In this document: in pieces, positions 1-10,489 of the stretch
Layout of the letters: each line of letters starts with the position of its first letter
Position numbering within the stretch: position 1 is the stretch's first letter
DNA from: Utricularia gibba
Lineage: Eukaryota; Plantae; Magnoliophyta
Assembly: GCA_002189035.1 (NCBI GenBank)
Contig: NEEC01000340.1
Span: 1-23,796, forward strand
Direction: 5' to 3'
Length of the DNA: 23,796 nt
Position numbers and translations under genes: made by a program
Notes under the pieces: generated by a model
Databases searched by the model: none
Told to the model about the DNA's origin: nothing
The model's input: only the letters and a program-made list of their open reading frames with translations

Positions 1-1500
1 GAAGAGTGCACGAGGCCACCATGAGGTTGTGGCTAGGGACACACCGCTGGCATCTTAAATGATCATCTCGAAATCTGAAATTTCACATCGTCCCATGAAA
101 TAAATATGTCTTGCATGTCAAAAAAATCACATTCGCATCGAGTCAGGTGTCCCGAGTCACATTTTCGCGAACGTGTGGCCACTTCGTTGCACATCTGAAG
201 GCTAATATAAGGCAATCTTCGAGCATTTGTGCCCCTCGGACGAACAAGTTCTCACACGAAAAAAGACCGGCTCGGAACGAGCTTCGAAACGGTATGCTTT
301 GTGCAACATGACTCATCACCGTTTGTAAGATATCCACTCGATACCGAAGAGTGCACGAGGCCACCATGAGGTTGTGGCTAGCCACACACCATGGCATCTT
401 AAATGATCATCTCGAAATCCGAAATTTCACATCGTCCATGAAATACATATGTTTGCATGTCAAAAATCACATTCGCATCGAGTCAGGTGTCCCGAGTCAC
501 ATTTTCGCGAACGTGGTGGCCACTTCGTTGCACATCTGAAGGCTAATATAAGGCAATCTTTCGAGCATTTGTGCAGCCTCGGACGAACAAGTTCTCAACA
601 CGAAAGAAGACCGGCTCGGAACGAGCTTCGAAACGGTATGATATGTGCAACATGACTCATCACCGTTCGCAAGATATCCACTCGATACCGAAGAGTGCAC
701 GAGGCCACCATGAGGTGGTGGCTAGGGACACACCCATGGCCTTAAATGATCATCTCGAAATCCAAAATTTCACATCGTCCCATGAAATACATATGTCTTG
801 CATGTCAAAAATCACATTCGCATCGAGTCAGGTGTCCCGAGTCACATTTTCGCGAATGTGGTGGCCACTTCGTTGCACATCTGAAGGCTAATATAAGGCA
901 ATCTTTCGAGCATTTGTGCAGCCTCGGACGAACAAGTTCTCAACACGAAAGAAGACCGGCTCGGAACGAGCTTCGAAACGGTATGATATGTGCAACATGA
1001 CTCATCACCGTTCGCAAGATATCCACTCGATACCGAAGAGTGCACGAGGCCACCATGAGGTGGTGGCTAGGGACACACCCTTAAATGATCATCTCGAAAT
1101 CCAAAATTTCACATCGTCCCATGAAATACATACGTCTTGCATGTCAAAAATCACATTCGCATCGAGTCAGGTGTCCCGAGTCACATTTTCGCGAATGTGG
1201 TGGCCACTTCGTTGCACATCTGAAGGCTAATATAAGGCAATCTTTCGAGCATTTGTGCAGCCTCGGACGAACAAGTTCTCAACACGAAAGAAGACCGGCT
1301 CGGAACGAGCTTCGAAACGGTATGATATGTGCAACATGACTCATCACCGTTCAAGATATCCACTCGATACCGAAGAGTGCACGAGGCCATGAGGTTGTGG
1401 CTAGGGACACACCCTGGCATCTTAAATGATCATCTCGAAATCCAAATTTCACATCGTCCCATGAAATACATATGTCTTGCATGTCAAAAATCACATTCGC
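1..1500. repeat. Left-end block enriched in the long monomer variant (344-345 bp copies with extra (A)TGGC(AT) after GACACACC)
   Basis: Copy starts at 1, 346, 690 and 1035 give 345, 344 and 345 bp. The extra bases are at about 46-53, 391-397, 736-741 and 1415-1420. The copy starting at 1035 is the short type. Confidence 0.8.
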
Positions 1501-4500
1501 ATCGAGTCAGGTGTCCCGAGTCACATTTTCGCGAATGTGGTGGCCACTTCGTTGCACATCTGAAGGCTAATATAAGGCAATCTTTCGAGCATTTGTGCAG
1601 CCTCGGACGAACAAGTTCTCAACACGAAAGAAGACCGGCTCGGAACGAGCTTCGAAACGGTATGATATGTGCAACATGACTCATCACCGTTCGCAAGATA
1701 TCCACTCGATACCGAAGAGTGCACGAGGCCACCATGAGGTGGTGGCTAGGGACACACCCATTCTTAAAGATCATCTCGAAATCCAAAATTTCACATCGTC
1801 CATGAAATACATACGTCTTGCATGTCAAAAATCACATTCGCATCGAGTCAGGTGTCCCGAGTCACATTTTCGCGAACGTGGTGGCCACTTCGTTGCACAT
1901 CTGAAGGCTAATATAAGGCAATCTTTCGAGCATTTGTGCAGCCTCGGACGAACAAGTTCTCAACACGAAAGAAGACCGGCTCGGAACGAGCTTCGAAACG
2001 GTATGATATGTGCAACATGACTCATCACCGTTCGCAAGATATCCACTCGATACCGAAGAGTGCACGAGGCCACCATGAGGTGGTGGCTAGGGACACACCC
2101 TTAAATGATCATCTCGAAATCCAAAATTTCACATCGTCCATGAAATACATACGTCTTGCATGTCAAAAATCACATTCGCATCGAGTCAGGTGTCCCGAGT
2201 CACATTTTCGCGAATGTGGTGGCCACTTCGTTGCACATCTGAAGGCTAATATAAGGCAATCTTTCGAGCATTTGTGCAGCCTCGGACGAACAAGTTCTCA
2301 ACACGAAAGAAGACCGGCTCGGAACGAGCTTCGAAACGGTATGATATGTGCAACATGACTCATCACCGTTCGCAAGATATCCACTCGATACCGAAGAGTG
2401 CACGAGGCCACCATGAGGTTGGGCTAGGGACACACCCTTAAATGATCATCTCGAAATCCAAATTTCACATCGTCCCATGAAATACATACGTCTTGCATGT
2501 CAAAAATCATTCGCATCGAGTCAGGTGTCCCGAGTCACATTTTCGCGAATGTGGTGGCCACTTCGTTGCACATCTGAAGGCTAATATAAGGCAATCTTTC
2601 GAGCATTTGTGCAGCCTCGGACGAACAAGTTCTCAACACGAAAGAAGACCGGCTCGGAACGAGCTTCGAAACGGTATGATATGTGCAACATGACTCATCA
2701 CCGTTCGCAAGATATCCACTCGATACCGAAGAGTGCACGAGGCCACCATGAGGTGGTGGCTAGGATGAAATGATCATCTCGAAATCCAAAATTTCACATC
2801 GTCCATGAAATACATATGTCTTGCATGTCAAAAATCACATTCGCATCGAGTCAGGTGTCCGAGTCACATTTTCGCGAATGGTGGCCACTTCGTTGCACAT
2901 CTGAAGGCTAATATAAGGCAATCTTTCGAGCATTTGTGCAGCCTCGGACGAACAAGTTCTCAACAAAAGAAGACCGGCTCGGAACGAGCTTCGAAACGGT
3001 ATGATATGTGCAACATGACTCATCACCGTTCGCAAGATATCCACTCGATACCGAAGAGTGCACGAGGCCACCATGAGGTTGTGGCTAGGGACACACCCTT
3101 AAATGATCATCTCGAAATCCAAAATTTCACATCGTCCCATGAAATACATACGTCTTGCATGTCAAAAATCACATTCGCATCGAGTCAGGTGTCCCGAGTC
3201 ACATTTTCGCGAATGTGGTGGCCACTTCGTTGCACATCTGAAGGCTAATATATAGGCAATCTTTCGAGCATTTGTGCAGCCTCGGACGAACAAGTTCTCA
3301 ACACGAAAGAAGACCGGCTCGGAACGAGCTTCGAAACGGTATGATATGTGCAACATGACTCATCACCGTTTCGCAAGATATCCACTCGATACCGAAGAGT
3401 GCACGAGGCCACCATGAGGTGTGGCTAGGGACACACCCTTAAAATGATCATCTCGAAATCCAAATTTTCACATCGTCCCATGAAATACATACGTCTTGCA
3501 TGTCAAAAATCACATTCGCATCGAGTCAGGTGTCCCGAGTCACATTTTCGCGAATGTGGTGGCCACTTCGTTGCACATCTGAAGGCTAATATAAGGCAAT
3601 CTTTCGAGCATTTGTGCAGCCTCGGACGAACAAGTTCTCAACACGAAAGAAGACCGGCTCGGAACGAGCTTCGAAACGGTATGATATGTGCAACATGACT
3701 CATCACCGTTCGCAAGATATCCACTCGATACCGAAGAGTGCACGAGGCCACCATGAGGTGGTGGCTAGGGACACACCCCTTAAATGATCATCTCGAAATC
3801 CAAAATTTCACATCGTCCATGAAATACATACGTCTTGCATGTCAAAAATCACATTCGCATCGAGTCAGGTGTCCCGAGTCACATTTTCGCGAATGTGGTG
3901 CCACTTCGTTGCACATCTGAAGGCTAATATAAGGCAATCTTTCGAGCATTTGTGCAGCCTCGGACGAACAAGTTCTCAACACGAAAGAAGACCGGCTCGG
4001 AACGAGCTTCGAAACGGTATGATATGTGCAACATGACTCATCACCGTTCGCAAGATATCCACTCGATACGAAGAGTGCACGAGGCCACCATGAGGTGGTG
4101 GCTAGGGACACACCCTTAAATGATCATCTCGAAATCCAAAATTTCACATCGTCCATGAAATACATACGTCTTGCATGTCAAAAATCACATTCGCATCGAG
4201 TCAGGTGTCCCGAGTCACATTTTCGCGAATGTGGTGGCCACTTCGTTGCACATCTGAAGGCTAATATAAGGCAATCTTTCGAGCATTTGTGCAGCCTCGG
4301 ACGAACAAGTTCTCAACACGAAAGAAGACCGGCTCGGAACGAGCTTCGAAACGGTATGATATGTGCAACATGACTCATCACCGTTTCAAGATATCCACTC
4401 GATACCGAAGAGTGCACGAGGCCACCATGAGGTGTGGCTAGGGACACACCCTTAAATGATCATCTCGAAATCCAAAATTTCACATCGTCCCATGAAATAC

Positions 4501-7500
4501 ATACGTCTTGCATGTCAAAAATCACATTCGCATCGAGTCAGGTGTCCCGTCACATTCGCGAACACTTCGTTGCACATCTGAAGCTAATATAAGGCAATCT
4601 TTCGAGCATTTGTGCAGCCTCGGACGAACAAGTTCTCAACACGAAAGAAGACCGGCTCGGAACGAGCTTCGAAACGGTATGATATGTGCAACATGACTCA
4701 TCATCCACTCGATACCGAAGAGTGCACGAGGCCACCATGAGGTGTGGCTAGGGACACACACTTAAATGATCATCTCGAAATCCAAATTTCACATCGTCCC
4801 ATGAAATACATACGTCTTGCATGTCAAAAATCACATTCGCATCGAGTCAGGTGTCCCGAGTCACATTTCGCGAATGTGGTGGCCACTTCGTTGCACATCT
4901 GAAGGCTAATATAAGGCAATCTTTCGAGCATTTGTGCAGCCTCGGACGAACAAGTTCTCAACACGAAAGAAGACCGGCTCGAACGAGCTTCGAAACGGTA
5001 TGATATGTGCAACATGACTCATCACCGTTCGCAAGATATCCACTCGATACCGAAGAGTGCACGAGGCCACCATGAGGTGGTGGCTAGGGACACACCCTTC
5101 TTAAATGATCATCTCGAAATCCAAAATTTCACATCGTCCCATGAAATACATACGTCTTGCATGTCAAAAATCACATTCGCATCGAGTCAGGTGTCCCGAG
5201 TCACATTTCGCGAGGTGGCCACTCGTTGCACATCTGAAGGCTAATATAAGGCAATCTTTCGAGCATTTGTGCAGCCTCGGACGAACAAGTTCTCAACACG
5301 AAAGAAGACCGGCTCGGAACGAGCTTCGAAACGGTATGATATGTGCAACATGACTCATCACCGTTCGCAAGATATCCACTCGATACCGAAGAGTGCACGA
5401 GGCCACCATGAGGTGGTGGCTAGGGACACACCCTTAAATGATCATCTCGAAATCCAAAATTTCACATCGTCCCATGAAATACATACGTCTTGCATGTCAA
5501 AAATCACATTCGCATCGAGTCAGGTGTCCCGAGTCACATTTTCGCGAATGTGGTGGCCACTTCGTTGCACATCTGAAGGCTAATATAAGGCAATCTTTCG
5601 AGCATTTGTGCAGCTCGGACGAACAAGTTCTCAACACGAAAGAAGACCGGCTCGGAACGAGCTTCGAAACGGTATGATATGTGCAACATGACTCATCACC
5701 GTTTCAAGATATCCACTCGATACCGAAGAGTGCACGAGGCCACCATGAGGTTGTGGCTAGGGACATTAAAATGATCATCTCGAAATCCAAAATTTCACAT
5801 CGTCCCATGAAATACATACGTCTTGCATGTCAAAAATCACATTCGCATCGAGTCAGGTGTCCCGAGTCACATTTTCGCGAATGTGGTGGCCACTTCGTTG
5901 CACATCTGAAGGCTAATATAGGCAATCTTTCGAGCATTTGTGCAGCCTCGGACGAACAAGTTCTCAAACGAAAAAAGACCGGCTCGGAACGAGCTTCGAA
6001 ACGGTATGATATGTGCAACATGACTCATCACCGTTCGCAAGATATCCACTCGATACCGAAGAGTGCACGAGGCCACCATGAGGTGTGGCTAGGACACACC
6101 CTTCTTAAATGATCATCTCGAAATCCAAATTTCACATCGTCCATGAAATACATACGTCTTGCATGTCAAAAATCACATTCGCATCGAGTCAGGTGTCCCG
6201 AGTCACATTTTCGCGAATGTGGTGGCCACTTCGTTGCACATCTGAAGGCTAATATAAGGCAATCTTTCGAGCATTTGTGCAGCCTCGGACGAACAAGTTC
6301 TCAACACGAAAGAAGACCGGCTCGGAACGAGCTTCGAAACGGTATGATATGTGCAACATGACTCATCACCGTTCGCAAGATATCCACTCGATACCGAAGA
6401 GTGCACGAGGCCACCATGAGGTGGTGGCTAGGGACACACCCTTAAATGATCATCTCGAAATCCAAAATTTCACATCGTCCCATGAAATACATACGTCTTG
6501 CATGTCAAAAATCACATTCGCATCGAGTCAGGTGTCCCGAGTCACATTTCGCGAATGTGGTGGCCACTTCGTTGCACATCTGAAGCTAATATAAGGCAAT
6601 CTTTCGAGCATTTGTGCAGCCTCGGACGAACAAGTTCTCAACAAAAGAAGACCGGCTCGGAACGAGCTTCGAAACGGTATGATATGTGCAACATGACTCA
6701 TCACCGTTCGCAAGATATCCACTCGATACCGAAGAGTGCACGAGGCCACCATGAGGTGGTGGCTAGGGACACACCCTTAAATGATCATCTCGAAATCCAA
6801 AATTTCACATCGTCCCATGAAATACATACGTCTTGCATGTCAAAAATCACATTCGCATCGAGTCAGGTGTCCCGAGTCACATTTTCGCGAATGTGGTGGC
6901 CACTTCGTTGCACATCTGAAAATATATAATGGCAGAGCATTTGTGCAGCCTCGGACGAACAAGTTCTCAACACGAAAGAAGACCGGCTCGGAACGAGCTT
7001 CGAAACGGTATGATATGTGCAACATGACTCATCACCGTTTGCAAGATATCCACTCGATACCGAAGAGTGCACGAGGCCACCATGAGGTGTGGCTAGGGAC
7101 ACACCCTGGCATCTTAAATGATCATCTCGAAATCCAAAATTTCACATCGTCCCATGAAATACATACGTCTTGCATGTCAAAAATCACATTCGCATCGAGT
7201 CAGGTGTCCCGAGTCACATTTTCGCGAATGTGGTGGCCACTTCGTTGCACATCTGAAGGCTAATATAAGGCAATCTTTCGAGCATTTGTGCAGCCTCGGA
7301 CGAACAAGTTCTCAACACGAAAAAGACCGGCTCGGAACGAGCTTCGAAACGGTATGATATGTGCAACATGACTCATCACCGTTCGCAAGATATCCACTCG
7401 ATACCGAAGAGTGCACGAGGCCACCATGAGGTGTGGCTAGGGACACACCCTTCTTAAATGATCATCTCGAAATCCAAATTTCACATCGTCCATGAAATAC

Positions 7501-9095
7501 ATACGTCTTTGCATGTCAAAAATCACATTCGCATCGAGTCAGGTGTCCCGAGTCACATTTTCGCGAATGTGGTGGCCACTCGTTGCACATCTGAAGGCTA
7601 ATATAAGGCAATCTTTCGAGCATTTGTGCAGCCTCGGACGAACAAGTTCTCAACACGAAAGAAGACCGGCTCGGAACGAGCTTCGAAACGGTATGATATG
7701 TGCAACATGACTCATCACCGTTCGCAAGATATCCACTCGATACCGAAGAGTGCACGAGGCCACCATGAGGTGGTGGCTAGGGACACACCTTAAATGATCA
7801 TCTCGAAATCCAAATTTCACATCGTCCCATGAAATACATACGTCTTGCATGTCAAAAATCACATTCGCATCGAGTCAGGTGTCCCGAGTCACATTTTCGC
7901 GAATGTGGTGGCCACTTCGTTGCACATCTGAAGGCTAATATAAGGCAATCTTTCGAGCATTTGTGCAGCCTCGGACGAACAAGTTCTCAACACGAAAGAA
8001 GACCGGCTCGGAACGAGCTTCGAAACGGTATGATATGTGCAACATGACTCATCACCGTTCGCAAGATATCCACTCGATACCGAAGAGTGCACGAGGCCAC
8101 CATGAGGTGGTGGCTAGGACACACCCTTAAATGATCATCTCGAAATCCAAAATTTCACATCGTCCATGAAATACATACGTCTTGCATGTCAAAAATCACA
8201 TTCGCATCGAGTCAGGTGTCCCGAGTCACATTTCGCGAATGTGGTGGCCACTTCGTTGCACATCTGAAGGCTAATATAAGGCAATCTTTCGAGCATTTGT
8301 GCAGCCTCGGACGAACAAGTTCTCAACACGAAAGAAGACCGGCTCGGAACGAGCTTCGAAACGGTATGATATGTGCAACATGACTCATCACCGTTCGCAA
8401 GATATCCACTCGATACCGAAGAGTGCACGAGGCCACCATGAGGTGTGGCTAGGGACACACCCTTCTTAAATGATCATCTCGAAATCCAAATTTCACATCG
8501 TCCCATGAAATACATACGTCTTGCATGTCAAAAATCACATTCGCATCGAGTCAGGTGTCCCGAGTCACATTTTCGCGAATGTGGTGGCCACTTCGTTGCA
8601 CATCTGAAGGCTAATATAAGGCAATCTTTCGAGCATTTGTGCAGCCTCGGACGAACAAGTTCTCAACACGAAAGAAGACCGGCTCGGAACGAGCTTCGAA
8701 ACGGTATGATATGTGCAACATGACTCATCACCGTTCGCAAGATATCCACTCGATACCGAAGAGTGCACGAGGCCACCATGAGGTGTGGCTAGGGACACAC
8801 CCTTCTTAAATGATCATCTCGAAATCCAAAATTTCACATCGTCCATGAAATACATACGTCTTGCATGTCAAAAATCACATTCGCATCGAGTCAGGTGTCC
8901 CGAGTCACATTTTCGCGAATGGTGGCCACTTCGTTGCACATCTGAAGGCTAATATAAGGCAATCTTTCGAGCATTTGTGCAGCCTCGGACGAACAAGTTC
9001 TCAACACGAAAGAAGACCGGCTCGGAACGAGCTTCGAAACGGTATGATATGTGCAACATGACTCATCACCGTTCGCAAGATATCCACTCGATACC

Positions 9096-9434
9096 GAAGA
9101 GTGCACGAGGCCACCATGAGGTGGTGGCTAGGGACACACCCTTAAATGATCATCTCGAAATCCAAAATTTCACATCGTCCCATGAAATACATACGTCTTG
9201 CATGTCAAAAATCACATTCGCATCGAGTCAGGTGTCCCGAGTCACATTTTCGCGAATGTGGTGGCCACTTCGTTGCACATCTGAAGGCTAATATAAGGCA
9301 ATCTTTCGAGCATTTGTGCAGCCTCGGACGAACAAGTTCTCAACACGAAAGAAGACCGGCTCGGAACGAGCTTCGAAACGGTATGATATGTGCAACATGA
9401 CTCATCACCGTTCGCAAGATATCCACTCGATACC
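9096..9434. repeat. Representative consensus monomer (short type, 339 bp; GAAGAGTGCACGAGGCCACC...GATATCCACTCGATACC)
   Basis: This copy matches its neighbours and the 20.5-22.3 kb copies. By my count it has 161/339 G+C and about 23 CpG, plus single ApaLI, BclI, NruI, MscI, BstBI and EcoRV recognition sites, which predict a 339-bp restriction ladder. Confidence 0.95.
9397..9405. promoter_or_regulatory. ATGACTCAT, perfect match to the GCN4/AP-1 (bZIP) consensus, present once per intact monomer (example copy)
   Basis: The sequence match is direct. Function is not demonstrated and the match may be chance. Confidence 0.2.
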
Positions 9435-10489
9435 GAAGAGTGCACGAGGCCACCATGAGGTGGTGGCTAGGGACACACCCTTAAATGATCATCTCGAAAT
9501 CCAAAATTTCACATCGTCCCATGAAATACATACGTCTTGCATGTCAAAAATCACATTCGCATCGAGTCAGGTGTCCCGAGTCACATTTTCGCGAATGTGG
9601 TGGCCACTTCGTTGCACATCTGAAGGCTAATATAAGGCAATCTTTCGAGCATTTGTGCAGCCTCGGACGAACAAGTTCTCAACACGAAAGAAGACCGGCT
9701 CGGAACGAGCTTCGAAACGGTATGATATGTGCAACATGACTCATCACCGTTCGCAAGATATCCACTCGATACCGAAGAGTGCACGAGGCCACCATGAGGT
9801 GTGGCTAGGGACACACCCTTAAAATGATCATCTCGAAATCCAAAATTTCACATCGTCCCATGAAATACATACGTCTTGCATGTCAAAAATCACATTCGCA
9901 TCGAGTCAGGTGTCCCGAGTCACATTTTCGCGAATGTGTGGCCACTTCGTTGCACATCTGAAGCTAATATAAGGCAATCTTTCGAGCATTTGTGCAGCCT
10001 CGGACGAACAAGTTCTCAACACGAAAGAAGACCGGCTCGGAACGAGCTTCGAAACGGTATGATATGTGCAACATGACTCATCACCGTTCGCAAGATATCC
10101 ACTCGATACCGAAGAGTGCACGAGGCCACCATGAGGTGGTGGCTAGGGACACACCCTTAAATGATCATCTCGAAATCCAAAATTTCACATCGTCCCATGA
10201 AATACATACGTCTTGCATGTCAAAAATCACATTCGCATCGAGTCAGGTGTCCCGAGTCACATTTTCGCGAATGTGGTGGCCACTTCGTTGCACATCTGAA
10301 GGCTAATATAAGGCAATCTTTCGAGCATTTGTGCAGCTCGGACGAACAAGTTCTCAACACGAAAGAAGACCGGCTCGGAACGAGCTTCGAAACGGTATGA
10401 TATGTGCAACATGACTCATCACCGTTTCGCAAGATATCCACTCGATACCGAAGAGTGCACGAGGCCACCATGAGGTTGTGGCTAGGGAC

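Noticed and set aside
9110-9145. Kozak-like GCCACCATG in every copy (possible synthetic expression cassette or micropeptide)
   Set aside because: It opens only MRWWLGTHP-stop in the dominant allele. It is simply the 5' arm of a hairpin, and no promoter, tag, poly(A) or vector sequence is visible. In long-type copies the frame extends to about 55-60 codons, but inconsistently.
9268-9284. CENP-B box-like CTTCGTTGCACATCTGA (12/17 match to YTTCGTTGGAARCGGGA)
   Set aside because: The essential CGGG half is missing (TCTG), so it is not a functional box by the established consensus.
9370-9415. Hammerhead ribozyme-like words (minus strand GTGATGAG...GAAG; plus strand CTGAAGG and CGAAAC)
   Set aside because: The core needs CUGANGA, a closed stem II and GAAA in order. 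The minus strand has GUGAUGA and GAAG with no proper stem II, and the plus-strand words are not in a compatible arrangement.
9096-9434. Apparent multiple-cloning-site-like density of 6-bp palindromes
   Set aside because: About 7 per 339 bp is close to the ~5 expected by chance.
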